Shown here one piece after another: positions 54,401 to 64,000 of a stretch of DNA of 64,000 bases; within the stretch, counting starts at the first letter, position 1, and each line of letters opens with the position of its first letter. Source of the stretch: Nemertoderma westbladi (lineage: Eukaryota; Animalia; Xenacoelomorpha); the NCBI GenBank assembly GCA_032718475.1, contig JAUCBJ010007778.1:8108-72107 (forward strand). The letters run 5' to 3'. A model generated the notes under the pieces. The model worked only from the letters and a program-made list of their open reading frames with translations, did not search any database and was not told where the DNA came from. The translations under genes and the position numbers were made by a program.

Positions 54401-56936
54401 TATTGTCTTCTCTTCTTCTCCTTTCAGTGGGGTGTTCCCGCTCGTGAGATCTCTCGTCGACCTCCCGGTTAAACCCCACTGTTCTTCTTCCCTCTTCTGA
54501 TCGGGCTCGACGCTTCGTCCGCCCTCTTACGACGTCGACCTGTCTCTCTCTGCTCGGTCGCACGCCGCCGGGGATACTCGCAATACCCCTATTGCTCTCC
54601 ATCGCCGGGTGTTGCGGTTTACCTATTTTGGCCCGCGCATTATCCGCTGACGGCTGTGGGACACTCTCTGCCCTCTTTCGCCGCTAACTCGCTGTTGTGG
54701 GGCCCCTATACCCCCCCCCCCCCTCCCCCCCCCCCACTCGCCACATCTAACTTCGTTATCCCTCACCCCGCTACTATATCCCTCTCTAGTCGACACATCA
54801 ACCCTGCCGCGGTCGGGTCTATTCACCCCCGCCTCTCCCTCTGCTATCACGTGGCCTACCAGGCCCTCTACTCCCTGCCTACCAACTACGTGGCCTACCA
54901 GGCCCTCGCTGGGTCTACCCGACCCAGCCACTCCCTGCCTATCAATTACGTGGCCTACCAGGCCCTCACTGGGTCTACCCAACCCAGTCACTCCCTGCCT
55001 ACCAACTATACGGCCTACCAGGCCTCCGTCTGCCTGGCCATATACGCCCGACGTGTTTACGTTAATAGCACCCATATCGGAAACGGAATTAATTTGTTCG
55101 TTTGAAACAAAATCATTTGAATTATTTTGTAAATTCGGGCTTGGATCATTATTTAAATTATTTGAAATATTTTGTAAATTCGGGCTTGGATCATTATTTA
55201 AATTATTTGAATTATTATTATTTTCTAAATTTAAATTATTATTCGGATTATTTTGCACGTTCAAATTGAATTATTATTTGTATTTAAATTTAAATTACTG
55301 CTACTAGGTAAAGTATTATTTGCTGCAATAAAGGTTTGGTTAGAGTTATCCCATACGGTACTATTAATATTAACAACGTCTACTGTAGCATTATCATTAT
55401 TACCTCCCCCGCCCATACGGTCACACCAGTTTTGGGTCTGTCGTGCGGTCCCTGTAAGTGGGGTATTAATAAATGTATCCAAGGCCCCTGGCTCCCCTAA
55501 AATACTCGAGCCAGTCCCGCTCTCAGACGCCCCCGCCCGCACCAGTTGCAGCTCGTGCGTGCGTCTAATCCTATGTTCCGCAAGCTCACTTTGGCATCTC
55601 TCTAATTCCTTTTGCTCTCGCTCAGCTTCTGCCATTCTCCTCTCACACTCCCGCGCGTCCTGGTCAGCCAACTCTGCTACTCTCCTAGCGCTCTCCCTTC
55701 GCCTCGCTTCACACTCCTTGCGTTCACTTTCCCATCTCGCCTCACGCTCCTTACATTCCGCTTCACGCTCTTTGCGTTCCTTTTCCTCTCTCGCCTCACG
55801 TTCCTTACGTTCCTTTTCCTCTCTCACCTCACGTTCCCTACACTCCTTTTCCTCTATTTCCTCACACTCCCTAAGGCTTCTCAAAGCCCTTTCGGCCCTC
55901 TCTCCGGTTTCTCTAATCAATGCCGTTTCCCTCTCTAGCCGCATTCTCCCCTCCTCTAGCTGTTTATCCATTTCCCTCTGACCTTGCTCTATCAGGTCGA
56001 GACGGTACGCGGCACCTATCTCTCTCACCAGTCTTTCTTTCGCGGAGGATGTAGCAGACTTATCGGTTACGACGGACTCTCTCCGCCTTCCCGATCTACT
56101 GACTTTCCCCCACCTCCCGGAACTTCCTCTGACCGACGAGGCCGAATCCTCGGGGTTAACCTCGGATTCGCCCTCCTCAGGTCTCTCCCAACCCACTAAT
56201 TTTAGTCCCCGGGCATCGACTAAGTACGGCCCTACGTACACTACGCTAGGTCCTATACCCCTATACCGCCATAAGTCATACAGTTCCTCGGCAACCCCTC
56301 TCGCTCTCTCCTCGGCCAGTCCTCTTTGCCCGAAGCGCATTAGATAATAAAAGTGTCTATTCGACTCACCTAGTCTTCTCTTTAGTTTTACCTTGTCCAT
56401 CGTCGCCCCTTTTCTGGCCTCCTCTAATAGTCTCGGGTCGCGTTGTAGGCCCGTCGAAGTCGCTCAGAAACCCCGACATCCTCGTCGCCGACCTCTCTTC
56501 CGTCTCTCCGGGTCCGACGTCGTACCGTCGGCCCCACCGTCGCCGTTTCGGTGGGCCGCTCGTCGCCCTCGGCCTGTGGCTGGCCGGCGACATCGGTACC
56601 GACATCTCCTCCATCTCTTCGGGTCCGGCGTTGTACCGTCGGCCCCACCATCGCCGTTTCGGTGGGCCGCTCGTCGCCTTCGGCCTGTGGCTGGCCGGCG
56701 ACATCGATACCGACATCCGTGTCTCGTGTCGACTCGTCTCCGTCTCCCTCCGTCTCGCTCTCTCCTCCTCTCGGCTCGACCTCGGGTTCCAGGCGGCCCC
56801 CCTCATCCTGAGCTGCCGGATGACCCGTTACCGATGGGTCCGGCGTTGTGGGTCTGTACCGCCTGGTTGCGGCCTCGCGGATCGTTAATTCTTCGTCCGG
56901 GGTCCGCGTTGGCGTCGTCTCACCTGACCGACTCAT
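48467..56936 (-). pseudogene. BEL/Pao gag-pol polyprotein broken into about 8 ORFs
   Basis: Gag FDG...EY..F, knuckle CSRCVMSGHRAREC, protease LVDSGA, RT FYVDDG, RNase H LHMFSDAS, YWTDS, NPADLLSRG, integrase GVDMFGP/SDNGTNFVG/ERLV, WVEEYL.TL..RSKW. Confidence 0.93.
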
Positions 56937-57036
56937 CTCATTTATCTCTAGATTGGTGGCTGGTAGTCGATGGTAGTCGCTGAGTTTATCTAGGGCGGCA
57001 GCTCCGATTTAACTAGCTACCGAAGGGTTTAGTTAC

Positions 57037-57564
57037 TGTGATGGGATCCAGGAAGGATCCCGGTTTATCCGGTGTTAGTTTACGCGTCCCCGCCGTGTGT
57101 GAAAGTAAATGAGTTCATGTCGTTCGTTGTGTATAATAACTGGTATAAAGATATAGATATAGATATGGATTGTCGTACACGGAAGGCGGGATACGGTAAC
57201 TAAAGTCCCGGTCCTTCCCTGGCTAAACTATCTAACCTAACTAGCACCAATATGATACTGAGATAACTGAATGAAATGATTACTGCCAACTGGCTATATT
57301 GCACGGTTGGCCTTGTTACTCTACCTAATCGATGCCTTTCCCCCCTCTGATTAGTTGATACCCTTGTTGGCGCCCTTTGGAGTGTTTCCGTTCACTCCAC
57401 CTGTTCTCTCTGGGTTAGGGGTTTGGCCCCTGACCCTTATTGTGTGTTTCTCCTTCCCATTCTTATTGGGGTGGCACGAGTGATTGATTACCCAATCTCG
57501 TGGCCCCCAATATTGCTTGTCGGCTTAACTTTATGGGGTGTTAGCGGGATTGAATAAGCTAACA
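57037..57564 (-). repeat. 5' LTR of the BEL/Pao element
   Basis: Near-identical to 45211-45737. On the minus strand, AATATAG is followed about 25 nt later by Inr-like TCATTTCATTCAGTT. Confidence 0.97.
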
Positions 57565-58569
57565 TTAAGGTTACGTTTCGAATTGATATATGAAAAAATA
57601 TCACTGATGTATGAAAAAATATCACCGATATTGCCTGAACTAAGAATCTTGTTTTCCCGAATACAGGCTGCCCTGAAGCATGCCTGGGATACAGCTTTGG
57701 CGCATTTCTTATATTCAGAACTACCAGTTACGGTATGACGTCGCCGCCATAAGCGTTTTTTCTTGTGTTGTTGTAATAAACGAACAAAATCAGGGAAAAC
57801 CTTCTTCTTGCGCGGTGTCACAAAACTCTTAAAAGTAACAAATCGTTCTATACCTGTACGTAGTGTAGCACTAAAAAAATCCCAAAAATCATCAACGGAA
57901 ATACAAGAATCAAATTAGTGTTCCAATCAATACTTTCCATTTGATGGTGACACAGTCAGATAGTAGGTAAGGTATTGCCATTTCTAAATTATTAAAAAAA
58001 GTCACATAGGATGAGTGAGGGAGATTTGACGTTAGGGTAGTGTGATGGGATCCCTATCCCCACCGTTCGTCTTTCAGTCTTTGTGATGTTCCCTAATGCC
58101 TAAGCACTGACTACTGCAGTACTGGCTAGCGGATACTGTAGGCTGACTAACTGAGTGGCCGTAGGGTAGGCCTGGTAAAAGCAGAGAGTTTCTGATACCG
58201 GTAGTCAATATTAATAATCCTGTAATCTCTATAATAGTATCGCACAGTTTTACCAGTAGTTATTGCAGTCGAGCACAGCGCTGTGCCTGCAACTGCAGTC
58301 TGGCAGTGGTGGAAAACTATTCACCTACTGCATAAATCAAATGAATCGCCAACTGACTGACTGATTACAATGCACTTGACCGTTAATATAAAGAGGGGAA
58401 ATATACATTGCTTTTTAGGCAGACTGGCAGACACATACCTACTGGCATAGCATAGGCAATAGGCCTATCTCAAAAAATCGCGCAGAAACATTTAAATTTA
58501 AAAAACATAATCTTATTCGCTTTTGTTCATTTGATGGTGCACAATGATTTTTAATGATTTCTATCGTTG

Positions 58570-58712
58570 TAAATTTAAATATTTGTGTAAATTTAAATAT
58601 TTGTGTAAATTTTAATATTTTTGTAAATTTTAATATTTGTGTAAATTTTGATATTTGTATAAATTTTAACATTTGTGTAATTTTAATTAGGCCTATTTGT
58701 GTAAATTTAATT
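58570..58712. repeat. 18-bp AT-rich minisatellite (ATTTGTGTAAATTTTAAT)n
   Basis: About 7 degenerate copies. Confidence 0.8.
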
Positions 58713-59189
58713 ACCGTATTTGAGTACTGGTATATTTTATTAATTGCCACTTCATATGTACTCCAAATCTATATTATTGGGGTGAACATTATGTACGGTA
58801 GGTTATTTTAAGTGCATTTATAATTGCCTGAAAACTTCTCCCGTCAGCCTGTTATCTCAAATTTAATATTGTACTATGTTGAATTTAGATAATGAATGAA
58901 TAAATAAAAGCTCATAAGAACAATTTTACATTCTTATTTTACAAGTTTGAGCATTTCAAAGCTTATCTTAAGACATCTGTACGTTGAATCTACATAATAA
59001 AAAGTAAACAGTAAATGCAACATCAAAATTTTTAATATTAAAAAATATTTGTTTAATGCACTACAATTACTGATTTACATTTGAAAATACATTAGGCCTA
59101 CTCTACTGTATAAAATTTTAACAAATTGTTGGTATCAATTCCCATTCTTCCATTAGGTCTAAAAGAAAGTACACATTTCTGTTAGAACC

Positions 59190-59720
59190 GGTGTTATAGG
59201 TGTAACCCTTGATGTCTTCTGGGCCAATTTGCGCATTCAGGTCACCAGCAATGACTTTAACATTGTGTTTCGGAATGTTCTTTATAAGTCCAGTCAGTTC
59301 TTCATAAAACTTGACTGCTTGTTCTGGCTATGAGGCATTGCAGCATTGGTTGGACTGTAACAACATATAACTGTTGCCTTGGGATTCCCATCAAATGTTG
59401 CGATCATAACCCTGGAATTTATAGATTCGATGTTGTTTAGGGTCTTAAGTCAGTAAGTGCAAGTGGGCTTAGCAGAATTCCTACTCCACCAATTGATGCA
59501 TTGGTCGAGTTTCTTACTGCTGAGCTTGTTACTAACGTCCATCCATTTCCAATGTCATTATAATTCATGGCAGTGTCTTCATGACAAATCCGATGTTCAG
59601 ATGTTCTTGGATGCAGATGATGTCGATGTTATATTCCATTGCCAGAGCGACCATGTAACCCTGTTTGGTATGTGTTTTCAGCGTGCGTGCGTTCATTGTA
59701 GCAATCGTTAGTGTCTTTTT
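59190..59720 (-). mobile_element. RTE-like LINE AP-endonuclease fragment
   Basis: IATMNARTL, DIICIQEH, GGVGILLS, CYSPTN, FYEEL and IAGDLNAQIG motifs with frameshifts. Confidence 0.8.
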
Positions 59721-60265
59721 ACATTTCAACAGGTTGGTTCTTCATTCTTCTCTGTCTGTCCTCTGTCTGTAGACTGTAGCCTAGATATGCTATCTGTCCT
59801 ACCTCTAATATATGTAATTTTCCTTAAAACCTCACAATTAAGTAGTAATTTTGAAAAACAACATTTTTCAAAGATTTCTGAAAATACCGGTATCCAAATT
59901 TGAAAAAGTTTAAATTTAAATGCAAATATTTAAATTTGGACTTCATTTAATTGTCATGTACCAGTACCACCAGACTGCCAATTCTGCAATTGAATGATAA
60001 TTTGTATGTTGGTGTTAATCTATATTATCATCACTTTTCTCTCTGTCAGGCAGCAGGGCACAGCACTGACCGGATTAATACATCCGGACAGACATCCGGA
60101 ATTTATTCTGTATAATATAGCAGTATTTAGGCCCATTCGGACAGTATCAGTATCCGGAAATTTTCTTGGACCAGATGTATTTCGGTTTGCTTCATACTAA
60201 AATTTAAGTTAATGGTTTTGCCTTAGCTGTCTGGAGGCCCATATTTAACCAGCAGATCATAGATT

Positions 60266-63016
60266 ATGGGTATTGAGAATTTCATATCGTATATAGAGCA
60301 ACATTTCGGTGAACCTGAATCATCGAACAAAGACATTACCGGTAATGACAAAAATAAAAACACCGACCCAGCGGCTCCAGCATTCATACAACCTCATATA
60401 AACTGTCTAAACAAAGTGGAACTGTTTTCCTTGGCCAAAGACCGCAAATCACGTAAAGGCAATCCTTTGTCGGTTGTTTTAGATGTCGACGCTTGTCTCC
60501 CCCGTCTGTACGGCGGCTACGCCGTGGACTGGGCCTGTGGCGGCCAATGGAACCAGATGTTTCGATTCATTGACGCCCTTGTCAAAGCCTGTAGGAGTGA
60601 AAAAATTTCATTGGTAGTTTTTTTTAATGGCTGTTTAGAAAAAGACAAAATAAATCAGTGGGCCCGACACCAAGACAAAGTTCGACAATCAGCGCAGTCG
60701 GTGCTCACCTTAGCTCACAATAAAGGAATCCCGCCCCCTAAGGCATGGTGGTTCCCCCCGACTGGGGCGGAAACCGCGCTCAAATGCGCCCTCCTCCACC
60801 ACCAGCAGGAAAGTCAGCAGCAGTCGGCTCAGACCACGGTCACGGTCCGGTGTAGTCGCTATGACCACCGTCTGGAGCTCCTCCACTACTGCCGCACGAA
60901 GCTGTGCTACGGGATCATCGGGCATCACTCGGACTACGTGATATTCGACCCTCCTCACTTCCTGTCCGGTGCCGACCTTGTCCTGGCCCGGACTCATACC
61001 GGTCTGCGCACCGTCGAGTACAGAATCGACGACGTCGCCAAGGCGATGGACCTACACCCGGACCGCTTCCCGCTTCTCGCTACGCTCCTTGGCAACCACA
61101 TCCTCCTCGACTCCGACTTGCTCCACTTCCACTGGAAACTCATCGGAGGCGACGTTGGCACAGACGCGCCGCCCCCGGTCTCGCCGATCAACGCGGACGC
61201 CGTGGTGCGAGGTGTCGCCGACTTCGTGCGTGCGCTCCCGGACGCCGGGGACCTCGTCGGGATCGCCAAACAGATATTCGACCCAAAGCGCCTCAACGAC
61301 GCCAACCTCATCGGGAAACTCAGACAATCCATTGAGTATTACTCGAAAGCGAGGAGCGGCGCTGTGCTCGAACTGCTGGAAGCCGCTAAGCGGAGTTCTG
61401 CCAGTCCCGAGCAACTGGGGAACGGGATCCCCGCGGACAAACTCTACACCGACTTCGGGGAGCCGGAAGTTAACGGGGTTCCCGACTCGGCGGCGGGAGA
61501 CGGAGCGAAGCGAGTCCGAGCCTCGCCTCGGCCTCCCGCAGTGACGCTGTCTATCCAGCGGGTCGCCGAGTACCGCCACGAGCAGGCCACTATGTCCCCG
61601 GCGGTGCTGCACCTCATCACGGAAGGCGAGATTCGGGTCGCGTCGGGACTCGAGGATCAGCAGTCGGCCGACTTCCCGTCGTTCGCGTACATCTACCGTG
61701 CGGTTCGGCAAGCCGCCTACGGGGTTCTCTTCAACGCGGCGTACCAACGGGTCCCCGGGGCGGAGACCCCCATAATCATCAGGGAGTGGGTGGGCGGCGG
61801 CGCCCCCCAGCGCCCGGGGCTCAGGAAACCCACGCTGATACACGCGACGCCCCAGTCATGGGGCGTCCCGCCAGTAGAGACGCTGTGGTTGGGACGCGAG
61901 TTTGATCTGAAGCAGAAGAGGATCAAAGTGTTTCTCGGGTGTCTGGGATGCGAGGAACCGGGCGGAGGGCTGCCGTGGCGCGGGTTCGCACAGATTCCGC
62001 AGCACAAACTCGTGTTGTGCTGCGTGCTGCGGTACCTCGTCAACTGGAAGGACGCCCCGTTGCTAAGGGACTATGAGTTGGACGCGTTGCTAGCCACCGG
62101 GGTCTCACCGATGCTAAACGACCCTAAAGGTTTGCAGGAGTTGCAGTTGTCTCGCGTTACCCCCCGCGGTTTGCAGCTCGCCGCGCTCGTTATGCAGGGC
62201 GTGGAGACCGCGCTGCTGGCCAACGACGTGTGCGGCGCGCCAATTGAGTGGGTCCACACGCCGCCGTGGCTCTACTTCGACGGGAAACTCTTACAGAGCA
62301 AGTTGGAGGCGGCGGAGGCCGGTCGCTCTCTGTTGGAGATCTGCGAGAATCGGTTGGAGTTGGTCTCCCAGGTCGAGTGCCTGAGGTCCACCATCCTGGA
62401 GGGGGGCGCCGGGGCGGTTAACTTCGCAGCGCCCCCGCTGCCCGTGGGCGGCGGAGGGGGTGGGTTTAAACCGCAGCCGCGCGGAGCCGCCCACCACCAC
62501 CCCGGGAGGGGGGCCCCGCCCCCTTCCCAGGGGGGCAAAGTGCGATCCCCGGGGGGACAGCTCAGCGTTGCGGGTTTCACCACCGGCCATTGGTACCCGA
62601 ACCCGTTGGGGCGCGGCCATCTCTTCAACCACAACATGCCCCCTCCGGCCCCGCAGCACCATCCGGGGGGATTCTACCCTCCAACAGGGCGGGGCGGGGG
62701 CGGAGGCGGTCCCCCCTCGCTGTGGAGCGCTGGTGGCGGGGGCTTCAATCGACATCACGGGGGGCTTCCTGACGGCCTGCAGAGACAGTACGCGGCCAGG
62801 TCGCGCGGCCGAGGGGGGCGGGGTGGAGGGCGTGGGGGGAAGCCCGTCTACCCGGTCAAACATAAAGACGCCCCCGCGGCGCCTAAAGGTCGGGGGCTAA
62901 CGGTCGGGGGGCCGACGGCTATGCCCGGGGCCCCGGTCCCGGTGGAGGAGGTTGTCACCGCTATGGAGGATGTGAGGGTCAATGCTGACGGTGAGTTGGG
63001 AGAGACGAGCCTCTAA
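60266..63016 (+). CDS. FAM120A: FAM120A/C-like protein (constitutive coactivator of PPAR-gamma-like), single coding exon, 916 aa
   Basis: MGI..F..YIE start, RLYGGYAVDWACGGQWNQM, LVVFFNG.LE, LLGNHIL, IYRAVRQ..YGVLF, CCVLRYL, ALLANDVCG.PI, PWLYFDGKL, then a G/P/RGG-rich tail. Confidence 0.93.
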   Translation: MGIENFISYIEQHFGEPESSNKDITGNDKNKNTDPAAPAFIQPHINCLNKVELFSLAKDRKSRKGNPLSVVLDVDACLPRLYGGYAVDWACGGQWNQMFRFIDALVKACRSEKISLVVFFNGCLEKDKINQWARHQDKVRQSAQSVLTLAHNKGIPPPKAWWFPPTGAETALKCALLHHQQESQQQSAQTTVTVRCSRYDHRLELLHYCRTKLCYGIIGHHSDYVIFDPPHFLSGADLVLARTHTGLRTVEYRIDDVAKAMDLHPDRFPLLATLLGNHILLDSDLLHFHWKLIGGDVGTDAPPPVSPINADAVVRGVADFVRALPDAGDLVGIAKQIFDPKRLNDANLIGKLRQSIEYYSKARSGAVLELLEAAKRSSASPEQLGNGIPADKLYTDFGEPEVNGVPDSAAGDGAKRVRASPRPPAVTLSIQRVAEYRHEQATMSPAVLHLITEGEIRVASGLEDQQSADFPSFAYIYRAVRQAAYGVLFNAAYQRVPGAETPIIIREWVGGGAPQRPGLRKPTLIHATPQSWGVPPVETLWLGREFDLKQKRIKVFLGCLGCEEPGGGLPWRGFAQIPQHKLVLCCVLRYLVNWKDAPLLRDYELDALLATGVSPMLNDPKGLQELQLSRVTPRGLQLAALVMQGVETALLANDVCGAPIEWVHTPPWLYFDGKLLQSKLEAAEAGRSLLEICENRLELVSQVECLRSTILEGGAGAVNFAAPPLPVGGGGGGFKPQPRGAAHHHPGRGAPPPSQGGKVRSPGGQLSVAGFTTGHWYPNPLGRGHLFNHNMPPPAPQHHPGGFYPPTGRGGGGGGPPSLWSAGGGGFNRHHGGLPDGLQRQYAARSRGRGGRGGGRGGKPVYPVKHKDAPAAPKGRGLTVGGPTAMPGAPVPVEEVVTAMEDVRVNADGELGETSL

Positions 63017-64000
63017 GGAGGTAGGGGGCGGGGGGGGGGGGGGCAACTCGGTGCTAATCGCAGTCTGTATCGCCCACATCGCTCGTAGATTTTAGTTGTC
63101 GGGGGGAGGGGGGGTTATCTTGCAGTGAGGGATTCTATTATAAGGGAATTAATGGGGGTTTTTTAAAGAAAGAATCTGGGGCTTGGATGGGAGCTGATAG
63201 TCTGGGAGGTTCTAAAGTTTAAATTATGTTCAAATGCCCAGCTCATTAATTGCTTGTGGTACTGGCACCGGGCTCAGTAAATGTGGGAGCGCTGTTGGGG
63301 TACAATGTCTACACATGGTATCATTTACTGTTAAGTCTAACAAATTAATTGCGCGTCTACAAAAATTGCGGGTTGTTATCATATTTACTTTACTTTTCGT
63401 ATCTCCAACAAATCGTTTCTGATACAGATGTGCCATAGGTTATCTTAGGTTTGATCTTAAAGTCCGCAGCTACCTTTTACAGTTATCAATGATGTGGTTT
63501 CATTTAGGTATACATAAATACTTCTCCAACCGTATCTGCTATTTACTTCCCCATATAAGAGATTCCTAAGTTCTATAATACCAGTTTAACTGTTTCTTAT
63601 TACTTTTATTGTTTAACAACTGAATTGCAAAGGTTTTAGTTCAAACATTCGTTGACGACCATCTGTCAGTCGATAAGTTTAATTAATAATTACGATATAA
63701 TTTGTGTTACCTTGTTGTATCAAGGTAGACCTAGACATAAAACATTTTCATGTCACACACATACCGGTACTACTAGCTTTGCAGAAATTTCATAACTTTG
63801 GTAATTATTGTTCTCCTATATAATTCAGTATATACATTATGTATGTGACATGCGAGACCATAATGAATTAACTTTGAACAATTTATTTTTTAATAAGAAG
63901 TCGAATTAAAGCGAATATCAACTATAAAGGTTATAGTCTACATTTTTTTCCTGAAGTTTACTTGTTTATATTTCTGATAAACAATTTCTTGTTTTCCGAT

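Larger units (their letters stand above)
45211..57564 (-). mobile_element. Full-length BEL/Pao LTR retrotransposon, recently inserted, ORF disrupted
   Basis: Two ~527-bp LTRs bounded by TG...CA. 5-bp TSD TTAAG at 45206-45210 and 57565-57569. Polypurine tract GGGGGGGAG at 45746-45738. Domain order gag-PR-RT-RH-IN. Confidence 0.97.
43003..57950 (-). mobile_element. CR1-like LINE (pieces 57570-57950 and 43003-45205) interrupted by the BEL element
   Basis: RT motifs YRPVSLT, QHGF, YIDFAKAFDSV, GTPQGSVLGP, LFADD, LERVQR, FSHRVVPIWNSLP. (TAA)n tail at about 43003-43028. The frame reads INSKRNL|NSGVSLFK across the insertion site. Confidence 0.9.

Noticed and set aside
48594-56983. Long plus-strand ORFs antisense to BEL gag-pol
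   Set aside because: Shadow frames with no recognisable motifs.
57010-57030. Canonical tRNA-Tyr PBS (TGGTCCTTCGAGCC)
   Set aside because: Only CCTTCG matches; the TGG pairing with CCA is absent.
60710-63079. Overlapping alternative-frame and antisense ORFs within FAM120
   Set aside because: Expected stop-codon scarcity in GC-rich coding DNA.

Overview
AT-rich animal (probably invertebrate) genomic DNA, dominated by transposons. Four host genes are visible: the last two coding exons of ATG3 (+), a two-exon FAM174-family membrane protein (-), an intronless UDP-glycosyltransferase (+) and an intronless FAM120-family gene (+). Bases 1-10565 are a head-to-tail array of a non-autonomous Helitron built on a 146-bp subrepeat carrying a CTCF-like motif. 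A recent 12.3-kb BEL/Pao LTR retrotransposon (45211-57564) is inserted in a CR1-like LINE. It has no canonical tRNA primer-binding site, but has a self-complementary candidate instead. It also carries a 15-unit hairpin array and a non-envelope extra ORF after pol; a more complete triple zinc-knuckle homologue of that ORF lies at 38.1-39.7 kb. The rest includes a decayed Gypsy inside long inverted repeats, nested LINEs, HINE/DINE-like elements, a tRNA-derived SINE and many TA-flanked motifs resembling excision footprints. All family assignments are from motif recognition by eye; no searches were run.
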